Positions 1-10,559 of a stretch of DNA of 64,000 nt are shown piece after piece; positions within the stretch are counted from its first letter, which is position 1, and each line of letters starts with the position of its first letter. A model generated the notes under the pieces. It made no database searches and was not told the DNA's origin. It saw nothing but the letters and a program-made list of their open reading frames with translations. The stretch is from positions 32,001-96,000 of the forward strand of contig JAHQJS010000005.1 in assembly GCA_019057385.1 (NCBI GenBank), given 5' to 3'. Origin of the DNA: Candidatus Borrarchaeum weybense (lineage in GTDB: Archaea; Asgardarchaeota; Sifarchaeia; Borrarchaeales; Borrarchaeaceae). The position numbers were made by a program, and so were the translations under genes.

Positions 1-46
1 AATACCATGATGACAGCTATCGCTTTTAAAATGGAAATGCCATAAT

Positions 47-64
47 TTCCACAAGAAATAAAGG
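47..64 (+). promoter_or_regulatory. ORB-like (origin recognition box) element upstream of cdc6
   Basis: TTCCACAAGAAATAAAGG resembles the archaeal ORB consensus TTCCAnnGGAAAnnAAGGG and lies 20 nt upstream of cdc6. Confidence 0.5.
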
Positions 65-84
65 TTCAGTCAGCCCATTAAAAT

Positions 85-1344
85 ATGGAGGCTAAAACAT
101 TGGATACACCGTCCCCGAAAGTTGATGCGATGATTGACAAATATTTAGAAGCTCCACAGATATTTAAAAACAGAGAAGCGCTAAACCATTCTTTTGTGCC
201 CGATGAACTCCCACATAGGGATAAACATCTTGATAGAATGGTTTCTATTCTTATATCAGCATTAAGAGGTGGTACACCCTCTAACATCTTCCTCTATGGC
301 AAAACGGGAGCAGGAAAAACAGCAGTAGCTCGGTTGGTGTTAAGGGCAATAGCATCCAAGGGAAGAGGAACAAATATGCCCCTTATTCCTTCCTATATTA
401 ATTGTAATCAGTTCAGCACAAACTATAGTATACTAAGAAAATTATGCAAGAAAATTGACATTGAAGTCCCCTTTACAGGATTGCCGACCGATGAAGTTTA
501 TTCTAGATTTAGAGACGGTTTGGATTCAGCTGAGCAATTAATGATTATCATTCTTGATGAAGTAGACAAACTTGTCAATAAAAGCGGGAATGATGTCCTA
601 TATGACCTTACTCGCATGAAGGTAGATTTGGAACGGGCACGGGTTAGTTTAATTGGTATTACTAATGATCTTAGATTTAAGAGCCAAATTGATCCTAGAG
701 TTTTAAGCAGTTTAAGTGAAGAAGAATTATTTTTTGCACCATATAAAGCTACGGAACTACAAACTATTCTAGAACAGCGAGCTAAAATGGCATTTCATCC
801 CGGAGTCTATGATTACGGTGTTATCACACTCTGCGCTGCAATTGGGGCTAGGGAACATGGTGATGCAAGAAGAGCATTACATTTGTTGAAGGTTAGTGGA
901 GAGCTTGCCGAAACACAAAAACTCAACAAGGTTACAGAGGATCATGTGAAGCAGGCACGAAACCATATTGAACAAAAGACTATTAACACTTTCTTAGAGA
1001 CGCTTCCAATCCAATCGAAAACCGTTCTGCATAGTATTTATTTGTTAGAAGTCAACGGTAAAAAGGAAATCTTTAGTGGAGACGTTTATGATGTATATTC
1101 CGAAATTTGTGGGATTGTAGGTTTGGATAGATTAACCCTACGTCGAATCAGTGATTTTGTTAATGAACTTATTATGCATGGAATTATTTCCGCACAGGAG
1201 ATAAGCCGTGGAAGGTATGGGCGCACCAGACGAATGCAATTAAGCATCCCTCAAGAACAGGTGAAAAAAGTACTAGTCGAAGAAGATAAAACTGGCAGAT
1301 TAAAACAAGTAATTGACTTCGTACCTACTTTACTTCGCCCATAG
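85..1344 (+). CDS. cdc6: Orc1/Cdc6 replication initiator
   Basis: PDELPHR, Walker A GKTGAGKT, Walker B ILDEVD, HGDARRAL, C-terminal wH with GRYGRTR. Confidence 0.96.
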   Translation: MEAKTLDTPSPKVDAMIDKYLEAPQIFKNREALNHSFVPDELPHRDKHLDRMVSILISALRGGTPSNIFLYGKTGAGKTAVARLVLRAIASKGRGTNMPLIPSYINCNQFSTNYSILRKLCKKIDIEVPFTGLPTDEVYSRFRDGLDSAEQLMIIILDEVDKLVNKSGNDVLYDLTRMKVDLERARVSLIGITNDLRFKSQIDPRVLSSLSEEELFFAPYKATELQTILEQRAKMAFHPGVYDYGVITLCAAIGAREHGDARRALHLLKVSGELAETQKLNKVTEDHVKQARNHIEQKTINTFLETLPIQSKTVLHSIYLLEVNGKKEIFSGDVYDVYSEICGIVGLDRLTLRRISDFVNELIMHGIISAQEISRGRYGRTRRMQLSIPQEQVKKVLVEEDKTGRLKQVIDFVPTLLRP

Positions 1345-1345
1345 T

Positions 1346-2920
1346 TTAGTTAAAATTTATTTCTGTTACCTTTTTTGTGTGTAAATTTATTATAGGGACT
1401 ATGCCTGGAGTTGGATTGATATTTAATTTCTTTTGATAATTCGTTTGTGCTTGGAAAGCCCCTGAATTAACGACTGTTACACCTCGATACATAGTGACTC
1501 CGTTCGTATGTGTATGTCCTGCATGAAATATGTCTGGTACATCTTCGATGACTAAGAAGTCATTAGATTCGTGTGCTAGTGTAGTTTTTCCACCCCAGCG
1601 CGGAGCTAAATGTCGTGCTTTCAATAATTCTACCATTGCTTTATCAGGAGATTCAGTGGCAACGGTTGGAATGCTTTCAACTACATCATCAAGAGATCTG
1701 CCATGATCAAGTAGGACTTTTACATTATGAATAGAAACGTATGTAGGACTTCCAAGAACTTGTACATTTGGCATTTCGTATAATTCCTCTGCAAATTCTT
1801 TAGGAATTGGTGGTTGAGGTAATGCTTGACGGGTTGCATCGTGGTTTCCAGGTATTATGATGATTTCGATATGTTGTGGTATTTGTTCAAGGAATTTACT
1901 AACCTCTTTATATTGCTGGTAGATATCTTTGATTAATAGTTCTTTTTCTTGGTTTGGAAAGATCCCTATCCCTTCAACAAGATCACCAGCAATGAGTAGA
2001 TACTTGACGCTTCGACCAAGCGTTTTCTCCTTTCTACCACCCACTTCCCCCTTTAACCATGAAATGAATTGCTCAAAAGCCCTATCTAAAAATTTCATAG
2101 ACCCTATATGTAAATCAGAAATCAGCGCAGCGCATATAGGAATCGGTGCACCCTTCCATGAATGTGTTGTTGGGATCTCAGGAAGCAGTATATCCTTTAC
2201 TAGAAACATTTTGTTACGCGTTGTGCCATGAATGCAAATAACTTGATCATCTAATAATCGTTCAGTTTTGTGTACTAAGTTTTCCTCATTTCTAGGAACA
2301 ATCACTTGGAGTGTCCCAGTAGGATCATCAATTTCTAAGGAGTATCCGCCTTTTTTAGTCTCGCGTCTTGAAACTAACATGCCTATAATATGGAAATCTT
2401 CCCATTCGTCAGAACTATGTAATTCAGCTATTGGAACATAATTTTGTGTATCACTTCGTTTAAGAAGGAGTTTTTTAAGTTTAACATATCTTGAATGAAA
2501 AAGGTTAGCTAAATGTTCAATTGGGTTTTTTACAGCAGTTTTTATTATGTTTGGTGTTTTTATTATCACGATTTCTGCTTCAACTTCCTTAGCATCTATT
2601 AAAGTTATTTCTTGGTCATTTGCGAGTATTGTATCCCTTTTAATTACAGGTGCCGCGATTTCGAAATCTTTCTTGAACATTTCTGTTCCTATCGAACGCA
2701 TCTTCCCTTTAGTCGATGGCTCTATGGAGGTTAAGAACTCTTTTGTGATTACTAAAGGACTCTTAGGTAATTCATTAGCTTTTTCAATGATTGTTTTAAT
2801 TAGATTTTCTGGATTCTCTTTTGACATTAGAAGTTCAAGAACATCCGAACCAATTTGATATCCCGAAAGAACAAACTCTTTCAAAAATTCCGTAGCTTTC
2901 GATTTAATATGATTAGTCAT
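1346..2920 (-). CDS. polB: DNA polymerase D small (exonuclease) subunit DP1
   Basis: OB fold (DDPTG) plus calcineurin-like motifs SDLHIGS, GDLVEG, PGNHD, HG, FHAGHTH. Confidence 0.95.
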   Translation of the reverse strand: MTNHIKSKATEFLKEFVLSGYQIGSDVLELLMSKENPENLIKTIIEKANELPKSPLVITKEFLTSIEPSTKGKMRSIGTEMFKKDFEIAAPVIKRDTILANDQEITLIDAKEVEAEIVIIKTPNIIKTAVKNPIEHLANLFHSRYVKLKKLLLKRSDTQNYVPIAELHSSDEWEDFHIIGMLVSRRETKKGGYSLEIDDPTGTLQVIVPRNEENLVHKTERLLDDQVICIHGTTRNKMFLVKDILLPEIPTTHSWKGAPIPICAALISDLHIGSMKFLDRAFEQFISWLKGEVGGRKEKTLGRSVKYLLIAGDLVEGIGIFPNQEKELLIKDIYQQYKEVSKFLEQIPQHIEIIIIPGNHDATRQALPQPPIPKEFAEELYEMPNVQVLGSPTYVSIHNVKVLLDHGRSLDDVVESIPTVATESPDKAMVELLKARHLAPRWGGKTTLAHESNDFLVIEDVPDIFHAGHTHTNGVTMYRGVTVVNSGAFQAQTNYQKKLNINPTPGIVPIINLHTKKVTEINFN

Positions 2921-3025
2921 ACTAACAAGTTGCTCCTGATTTCTTGATATTCTATAGTTTACTTAGAGTTATATTCTTTTCTTTATTTAAAAGATACCTC
3001 GACAAAATCCATCTACGAACCTATT

Positions 3026-4021
3026 TCACTCCGAAACTAAGTCCGCTATATCAAGAGCAATTTCGCTAATAATATCCTCAATTTCAAGTATATCTTTTAG
3101 ATCTAGAAATAAATCTATTGGCTGTTTAGGAGTTTGTTTTACCAGAACGGTCTCTACTTTTTCATATTGTTTTAAAAATTGTTTCCGCATTACAAGAATT
3201 TTATCTGCAAGGATTGGGTCTTTGTTTAAAACAGCATTAAATGCTTGTTGGTGCATCTTAACAACAAATTCATTCAATGATTTAAATGGTTCGAAGATTT
3301 GTTTATATTCGCCACGATCATAGGTTTCTAGTAACAAAACCTTTTCAGCAATTTCAACAGCACGATCTGCAAGACTTTCTAGACTTTTTGCTAGTACTCG
3401 ATAGTCTAGACATTCAACTGGGCTAACATTCATTCTTTCAGAAAGAGATGGCTTTTGAATTACTGCTCTAAGTTGTCTGACTGCTAAAAAATAAAAGCGA
3501 TCAACTTCATCATCTCGCTCGATCACATTTTGAGCAAGTTTGATATCATTCTCAAAGAACGCGACTAATGCATCTTTGTGCATTTTATTTGCGAGTAAAT
3601 AAATCCTCCTAAATGTTTGATCAATTTGTACACCAGTAGGTGCGATTAATGCCTGTAATAATATTTCAGAGGACGATTCTTCTACTATCTCCACGCCAAC
3701 CAATCGTCTTACGATTTTCTTAACATTTTCTCGTTCTTCGGGGGTAAGTCGGGTGTTAGAGGTTACTTTGATTTTATCAAAACCTAATAAATAGGCGCTT
3801 AAAATGCTTCGTCTAATATTTTGCTCAAGCGGGATTGTAGACTCGGTTAACTTATTAATGCTTTCAGCTTGAGGTGATAGAACTAGTGAGCCATCCCCTC
3901 GCTCAATGATATAGAGTACATCTCCACGTTTTAAATCACTTTTATTAACCCAATCTTTTGGTAATGAAATTAGGTACGTTCCATCAGCACCACCAGTTTG
4001 CTGTAATTTCCTTAGTTCCAT
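3026..4021 (-). CDS. AbrB-PhoU phosphate uptake regulator
   Basis: N-terminal RKLQQTG...ISLPKDW AbrB domain; PhoU motifs RDDEVDRFY and LESLADRA. Confidence 0.9.
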   Translation of the reverse strand: MELRKLQQTGGADGTYLISLPKDWVNKSDLKRGDVLYIIERGDGSLVLSPQAESINKLTESTIPLEQNIRRSILSAYLLGFDKIKVTSNTRLTPEERENVKKIVRRLVGVEIVEESSSEILLQALIAPTGVQIDQTFRRIYLLANKMHKDALVAFFENDIKLAQNVIERDDEVDRFYFLAVRQLRAVIQKPSLSERMNVSPVECLDYRVLAKSLESLADRAVEIAEKVLLLETYDRGEYKQIFEPFKSLNEFVVKMHQQAFNAVLNKDPILADKILVMRKQFLKQYEKVETVLVKQTPKQPIDLFLDLKDILEIEDIISEIALDIADLVSE

Positions 4022-4213
4022 AGAGGTTCACCAACATTCCGTATTCAAAAATATTAGACAATTTGTGAGGATATATAAACTTTATACTTTTTTAGGTGGA
4101 ATACAAAGAATACCAACTTTATATAAAATGAATTTTCTACTAAGAAGTGACTTAAATCATTCAAAAAAGACGATTAGACGAAATGAGACTCATAATGACA
4201 TCTTAGAATATAT

Positions 4214-5164
4214 CTAAATTATCTTCATTCCTTGCATTAAATTGACCATCAATATAACCGATATAAGATCAGCTGTTGTGCCCGGGTTATATCTGTTCTC
4301 AGAGTCTCGTAAACTTCTGTCGAAGTGATGGAGAGCATCGGTCCCTTTTTGTGTCAGAAGCCCTCCCATTTCAAGTACTTCTTTTGCTTTGTAGGATACT
4401 TGCATCGCTGCTTCATTGCCTAATTTCCTTTGAATTAGTGTATCTGGTTTGCTTGAAAGTAGAAACAGAAATGTATGCACCGTTGTTATATTCACATCCT
4501 TTGTAGACACATATGTTTGCCTAAAAAACGGATATCCTTTCCCCAAAGAAAGTTCGAGTGCGGTAACAAATTCTTTGGAAATTGTATCCCATTCTTGAGA
4601 GATTTCCATTGTTCTAAAAAGTGTGATTTCCCTTTCCTTCAATATATTCCAAGTATTCTCATCAGTAACGTCTGCTTCATCATCAACTTTCCCCATACCT
4701 CCAGGAGACACCGTTGCTATTGCTTGGTAGAGGTCAAGAGCATCTTGAGGAGTTGTCGCCCGAACAATATGATTAAACTGTTTTCTTAATAACTCAATTT
4801 CGAATTCTCTTTTTTCAATTAACGTTCCCGCAGCAGTTGCTAATGGAACCATCAGTATTAGCATGCCAAGGTTTGTATTCGGTTCATTCCACTGCTTTAC
4901 GTCACGGATGCCCTGAAGAATCCATCTGCCTATGCCTACATCTGAAGTTTGAATCTCTCCTTTCTGTAATTTTACACCCTGAGATGCTGCTCTTGCAATT
5001 GCAGGACCTATAGCCACAGCACCAGCTAAATAGTGTTCATATCGAGTATCTGCGAAATCTGCAGTCCTATGTACATTCCCAGGCTTTGGCCAACCACTAA
5101 GTTCTAGTGCTGCAGCAAGTTGGGCGCAACATTGTATCTTATTGACCCATGTCTCCTTTTGCAT
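4214..5164 (-). CDS. citG: CitG-family triphosphoribosyl-dephospho-CoA synthase
   Basis: PKPGNVHR, NTNLG, DTLIQRK, NPGTTADL motifs. Confidence 0.88.
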   Translation of the reverse strand: MQKETWVNKIQCCAQLAAALELSGWPKPGNVHRTADFADTRYEHYLAGAVAIGPAIARAASQGVKLQKGEIQTSDVGIGRWILQGIRDVKQWNEPNTNLGMLILMVPLATAAGTLIEKREFEIELLRKQFNHIVRATTPQDALDLYQAIATVSPGGMGKVDDEADVTDENTWNILKEREITLFRTMEISQEWDTISKEFVTALELSLGKGYPFFRQTYVSTKDVNITTVHTFLFLLSSKPDTLIQRKLGNEAAMQVSYKAKEVLEMGGLLTQKGTDALHHFDRSLRDSENRYNPGTTADLISVILMVNLMQGMKII

Positions 5165-5203
5165 TTTCTTTTCATCCTTCTAACTTTAGGGTGCTCTAGG
5201 GTA

Positions 5204-8074
5204 CTATAAGTCATCCCAGAATGCCCTCGTACGTGCGAATTCTTTCTCGGCGTTCCATAATGCTTTATAAAAGTCATGTTCTGAATTAAATTTTCTTGCA
5301 AGAATACGAGATGCTGTTTGAGGACCAATTCCTCTACTAGCAAGTGCAATAATCGCTTTTTTGCCATATGCCTCTACAAGTACTGAACTCTTGCCTCCAC
5401 GCTTAATTTCTTTCTTATCCTCGATTGTCAATTTCATTTTCGCTTTTTGATGTCTTAATGCTGTCTTCAAGGCTGTATTTCTGGAAAAAACGACCGCTAT
5501 AAAAACACTTTTGCATTTTGGGCATTTTAATCTCTCATCAGGCAAATATTTAACCTGTCTAACACTTTCCCATTGTCCACAGTGCATACAGACGAGTTTA
5601 ATGCGCTTTTCATTTATCTTGTTTTTTACTGCCTCTATCAATACTGCTTCAGGTCGTGCTGACTTAACATAACTACCTGACTTTGCATTCCTAAGAGCTA
5701 GAAGAGAAAATGGAGATCCAAATTCAATAGAACCTTTTTGAACGATGTCAATAGTAGTGAGACCATTGGAAATTTGGGATAGAATCTTTTTTGTGTTCGG
5801 AATATCAAGTTTTTCTAACTTTATTTCTCTCAATGTCTCTATAACTGCCGTAGTATCTCTATATGCATGAACTATTTTTTCAATTAGAGTTGAATGGAAT
5901 TCAGCCCCCTTATCGATAATTCCGAAGCGTTGCGCAACTTGGCTAAACCTCCATAAAAACAGAGATGATCGACTTAGAGAGAGATCCAAGATATGATCCA
6001 CATGTTCCGGGTTTTTAAGTAACTCTGGAATTATTTTAGGATTTATTCGGGTTGGCAGTTGGAGTTGAATTGTATATGGTGACGAACGCATCACAACATT
6101 GGAACCCATTTCGGTAGTAAGCAATGCGGAAAGTAGTTCCCCTATTGTCTCATTGATTTTACTTCCGAAACAACAATGAATAATTATGTAGTCTCCAAAG
6201 GCTTCTATTACAATTCGCTTATGAGTTGGAATTGGAACATCACTTTCAATCTGTTGTATATTTGTATTCAAAATGATTTCTTTGACATTAGAAGAAAGCT
6301 GATATTCATCCAAGATGGCGTCAGTGTCCCCATTATTTTGATATGCTTGTTCTAATCTATGCCTTAATTCTCCCACTTCTTGTGCGACTTGATAAGGAAC
6401 AGGAATTAACTCTCCTACCCATCCAGGAATAGCACCAGTGGGATCTGGTGCGGGTGTAACTTCAATTTTGTTTTCATTAAGATTAAGAATTTTCCAAGGC
6501 CTACCCCTAACTATGAAAACAGTTCCCAGTTTCGCTTTAGTTGCAACGAATTCATTATCAAGAGTGCCAATTGGTCGATTTGTGGTTATATCAATAACTT
6601 GCCAACGCTGACCAACATCAGGAATCGTAGAAACTCTCTTATAATAAAATAGCAAAGTTTTACGACTTCTCTTCAGAATCCCATTATTTTCCCAGATAAG
6701 TTTTAGTTGGAGCATTAGATCAATTGTTTTGTTTAATAGTTCCTTGTCAAGATTTGCATAAGGATATGCTCTTCCTATAATCTGCTCTACCTCATTTATA
6801 GTTACTTCCCGCTTATCCATGACTATTCCAGCAATCTGATGCGATAATACATCTAGTGCGTTTTCATGAATTAAAATGTCTTCAAGCTCGTTTTTCAGTG
6901 CTTTTGAGACTATTACTATAGACTCTGCAATATCATCAAAGTCCATAGTAATGATCGTGCCCCTTGAAACCTCACCGATCTTGTGCCCTGCTCTCCCTAC
7001 TCGCTGAATTAGTTTTGATACCTGCCTTGGACTCATTAACTGAAGGACTTTATCGACGCTGCCTACGTCTATACCGAGTTCAAGAGATGATGTGCAAACA
7101 ATTGCTTTTAGTTCTTGTGACTTGAATTCCTCTTCTGCTTGGATTCTCACGTCTCTCGATAAAGAACCATGATGAATGGCATAATTAAAATCAGGGTCAA
7201 GTAGTCTTAAATGGCTAGAAAGCATTTCGGCATGGTCACGAGTATTTGTGAAACAAAGTACAGAGTTATTGTTTTCTATATGAGATGCAATCCTATTTAT
7301 CCTAGCAGCAGTTTCGGCAGTGGTATATAACTTTTTAGCGAGAGATCGATCTTCATCTGTAGCTAATGGATTTTCAATAGTAATTTCAAATTTCTTTTCT
7401 GTGTCAGTTTTAACCGTCTCAATTGATCTCCCTATTCCAGCCAAGAATCTTGCCACACGTTCTGGGTTACCGATAGTTGCAGAAAGTCCGAGAATTTGAA
7501 ATTCTCTTTCTGTACGATCTCTCAATCTTTCAAGTCCAACACTTAACTGAGTGGCACGCTTACTTTCAACAATTTCGTGGATCTCGTCTACGATAACGAC
7601 TTTTACATTTTTTAGGTGCATCCCCATCCTTTTCGCAGGTAAGATCGATTGAAGGGTCTCAGGCGTTGTAATAAGAATATGTGGAGGTTTTAATGCTTGC
7701 TTTCGTCTAGCATTAGAACTTGTATCTCCATGTCTTATCTGTATATCAAGCCCGAGATCTTGCCCCATTTCGATTAAGCGGCGGAAAATATCGCGATTGA
7801 GGGCTTTTAATGGCGTTATATAGAGAACTTGTATTCCTCTAATGAGTTTATTTCTGTTTTCTTGAAATAATGTTTCAAAAATAGGAAATATCGACGCTTC
7901 CGTCTTTCCTGTACCTGTGGGTGCAATTAATAATAGGTTTTTTCCCTCTAAAACTTTAGGTATGGCTTCATTTTGTATTGGGGTCGGCTGTACAAAGTTA
8001 TACTTCTGTATAGTTTTTTGTATTTCTTTGTGAAGCAGATTAAAACTATTTTGCGAGTTAACCGAGTCTTGCAA
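5204..8074 (-). CDS. lhr: Lhr-family ATP-dependent SF2 helicase
   Basis: APTGTGKT, ITTPETL, DEIH, SAT, SSLELGID, QRVGRAGH, C-terminal CxxC..CxxC; TTG start. Confidence 0.92.
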   Translation of the reverse strand: MQDSVNSQNSFNLLHKEIQKTIQKYNFVQPTPIQNEAIPKVLEGKNLLLIAPTGTGKTEASIFPIFETLFQENRNKLIRGIQVLYITPLKALNRDIFRRLIEMGQDLGLDIQIRHGDTSSNARRKQALKPPHILITTPETLQSILPAKRMGMHLKNVKVVIVDEIHEIVESKRATQLSVGLERLRDRTEREFQILGLSATIGNPERVARFLAGIGRSIETVKTDTEKKFEITIENPLATDEDRSLAKKLYTTAETAARINRIASHIENNNSVLCFTNTRDHAEMLSSHLRLLDPDFNYAIHHGSLSRDVRIQAEEEFKSQELKAIVCTSSLELGIDVGSVDKVLQLMSPRQVSKLIQRVGRAGHKIGEVSRGTIITMDFDDIAESIVIVSKALKNELEDILIHENALDVLSHQIAGIVMDKREVTINEVEQIIGRAYPYANLDKELLNKTIDLMLQLKLIWENNGILKRSRKTLLFYYKRVSTIPDVGQRWQVIDITTNRPIGTLDNEFVATKAKLGTVFIVRGRPWKILNLNENKIEVTPAPDPTGAIPGWVGELIPVPYQVAQEVGELRHRLEQAYQNNGDTDAILDEYQLSSNVKEIILNTNIQQIESDVPIPTHKRIVIEAFGDYIIIHCCFGSKINETIGELLSALLTTEMGSNVVMRSSPYTIQLQLPTRINPKIIPELLKNPEHVDHILDLSLSRSSLFLWRFSQVAQRFGIIDKGAEFHSTLIEKIVHAYRDTTAVIETLREIKLEKLDIPNTKKILSQISNGLTTIDIVQKGSIEFGSPFSLLALRNAKSGSYVKSARPEAVLIEAVKNKINEKRIKLVCMHCGQWESVRQVKYLPDERLKCPKCKSVFIAVVFSRNTALKTALRHQKAKMKLTIEDKKEIKRGGKSSVLVEAYGKKAIIALASRGIGPQTASRILARKFNSEHDFYKALWNAEKEFARTRAFWDDL

Positions 8075-8476
8075 ATTCTACACACCAAAGTTTCAGAATC
8101 GAAATGATTTACCTAGTTTTTAGGCGTGAATTGTTAAGAAATGTAACGTCAAAAAATAGATAAATGCCACTAACCGTGCATAAAGTTGGAAAAACGCATA
8201 AAGAATTTGACAATGGATTATTTATAAATAAATTCATTTTTCCGCAGCTTCATCCTCTGAAAGTACTTGATACGCAAGAATAAGGATGACTGCTATAAAT
8301 CCAAACGAAAATACTAAAGTTCGGACAATAAAGGGGTCTACGCTCAAAGATTTTCCTCCACAAAAAAAACTGGTACATACAACGATGTGTAATGGATTTA
8401 AAAAGTTGTCTCATTATGTTAAATTTCTGCTTCCTTATCAAATTTTGATATATATCTTTGAAACCTACTTTCCATT

Positions 8477-9397
8477 CTATTTTCTATCTTTTAATGCAAT
8501 TTCCAAAAAATCATGTGCAATTATCGTATTTGGAAAAATCTTTGTAGCTTGCTCATAAAGAATCGAAGTATCTTTGTATCGTGTACTGATATGTGTTAAG
8601 ATTAACTGCTTGACCTTTGCATCTTTTGCTATCTTAGCGGCTTCCCCTGCTGTAGCATGTCCTGTCTGGATAGCCTTTTCTAAAAGAGAATCATCAAAAG
8701 TTGCCTCGTGAATCAAAACATCACTATTTTTGCTTAATAAGACAATAGATTTTGTTGGACGTGTGTCAACTGAGTAAGTGACTTTTCTCCCAGGTCTTGA
8801 AGGTCCAACAACTTCGGAGGAATTGATAACTCTCCCATCTGGTAATTGAATATTCTCTCCTGCCTTTAATTTTGCCCATAATTGTCCCTCAGGAATTCCA
8901 AGTTCTCTTGCTTTTTCTGGAAAAAACTTACCCGGATATGGTTTTTCAACAATAGAGAATGCAAATGTATCAATTCCATGATCTGCTAAAGTAGACTCAA
9001 CTACATACTCTTTCTCTTCAATTACAATCCCTTCTCCTATCTCACTTATGCTAAGTTCAAATTGTGTATCTAGCACACCTGCTATAGAATTCACAGCAGC
9101 CAGATATTGTTTTATACCAGGAGGACCATAAAGATGCAAAGGTTTTGTTCTTTGATACATTCTGAGAGTAAGAATCAACCCAGGCAGGCCGAATATATGA
9201 TCTCCATGAAGATGACTGATGAAAACTTTTGAGATTTTCATTATATTGAGTTGAGCATTAATGAGTTGGTACTGCATTCCCTCTCCAGCGTCAAATATGA
9301 GAATTTCGCCTGAATTTTTCCTTATAATGGCAATACTTGACAGTTTCCTCGTTTTCGAGGGGACGGCAGCACCAGTACCCAAGAAAACAATTTTCAT
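8477..9397 (-). CDS. rnz: Ribonuclease Z
   Basis: FLGTG, SHLHGDH, GP exosite arm, HEAT, LTHISTRY. Confidence 0.95.
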   Translation of the reverse strand: MKIVFLGTGAAVPSKTRKLSSIAIIRKNSGEILIFDAGEGMQYQLINAQLNIMKISKVFISHLHGDHIFGLPGLILTLRMYQRTKPLHLYGPPGIKQYLAAVNSIAGVLDTQFELSISEIGEGIVIEEKEYVVESTLADHGIDTFAFSIVEKPYPGKFFPEKARELGIPEGQLWAKLKAGENIQLPDGRVINSSEVVGPSRPGRKVTYSVDTRPTKSIVLLSKNSDVLIHEATFDDSLLEKAIQTGHATAGEAAKIAKDAKVKQLILTHISTRYKDTSILYEQATKIFPNTIIAHDFLEIALKDRK

Positions 9398-9412
9398 TCT
9401 AGTTGCTCCAAT

Positions 9413-10522
9413 CTAATTCTGAAAAACGCCAATTATTCGTGTTAAACTTTTATGAACTCGCATCTTGTGGAGTTCTACAGTTTTAAGTCCAATCTCATTT
9501 GCTATCGTTTGAAGATTTATATGAGTAGGGGTACAGATACAAATATACCTCTTTTTTTGCAGAATATTCGTTGCAGATCCAAGAAAAGATTGAATTAACT
9601 TGTTTAATTCTATACCTTTTGTAGTAGATGATCTTCCGTAGGGAGGGTCCGTAGCAATTGCATAAATATCATCCTTAAAGGGAAGTTGACGTGCATCTGC
9701 GCAAATTAAGTTACCAGATAGATTAAACTGCTTTAAATTAACGGATGCGCCTTTTACCATCGTTTTTTGAACATCACATCCTAAGATGGTTGCTCCTATT
9801 AACCCCGCTTCGATGAGGATTCCACCACTACCGGAAAAAGGATCCAGAAACAACTTATCATCTTTTGCGCGTGAAAGATTAACCAATACCCTAGATAAAC
9901 GAGGTTCTAATGTACCTGGATGAAAAAACTCCCTCTTATGTCCCCTTCGTTTATCAAATCTCTGGAAATAAGTCTCTGATTTCCAAAGGTTTAATCCGAA
10001 GAAAAACTTATTTTCTGTAAATATTCCATAAAATGTGATATCGGGATTTTCAAGGTTAACCTTCATCACTTTGTTTACCTGTTCTAAGTGATTAAAAAGT
10101 ACTGCCCCAAGTTGTCGCTCAAGTTCTACTTTATCAATATGCGCTCCATAGTTCTTTATGCGTTTTATACGCACAGCAAAACTCTTTCCAAATATGAGCG
10201 AATTATCGACTATCATTTCTTTTGCGGTTTCAATGATCTCCTCAAAAGTATCATCTGATTCAAAAAAATAGGCACAGCAACGGTGCACAAGTGCACTTCT
10301 CCGAGCTATCACCTGGACACTATCCATTGAAGTAGAGATTTTCATGAGTTGATCAAATTTTGTGAAGTTTGAATATTGTCTTTCGGTAGCCTGTAGAATA
10401 GATATGGCTTCTGAAAAAGCTAATTTTGGATATTCTCCGTTTAATACAAAAAATAAATCTCTTGAGGCCATTTGAGACCATTTCTTTATTAATTGTTTCA
10501 AATATCGCAACCTAATTTTCAA
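9413..10522 (-). CDS. trmG10: tRNA m2G10 methyltransferase (THUMP + MTase, Trm11 family); probable start ATG 10471
   Basis: THUMP SFAVR..VNLENPD, DPFSGSGG, TDPPYG. Confidence 0.88.
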   Translation of the reverse strand: MKIRLRYLKQLIKKWSQMASRDLFFVLNGEYPKLAFSEAISILQATERQYSNFTKFDQLMKISTSMDSVQVIARRSALVHRCCAYFFESDDTFEEIIETAKEMIVDNSLIFGKSFAVRIKRIKNYGAHIDKVELERQLGAVLFNHLEQVNKVMKVNLENPDITFYGIFTENKFFFGLNLWKSETYFQRFDKRRGHKREFFHPGTLEPRLSRVLVNLSRAKDDKLFLDPFSGSGGILIEAGLIGATILGCDVQKTMVKGASVNLKQFNLSGNLICADARQLPFKDDIYAIATDPPYGRSSTTKGIELNKLIQSFLGSATNILQKKRYICICTPTHINLQTIANEIGLKTVELHKMRVHKSLTRIIGVFQN

Positions 10523-10559
10523 AGACAGTTAATGCTTCAGAATAATCTAAATAGAGTAT

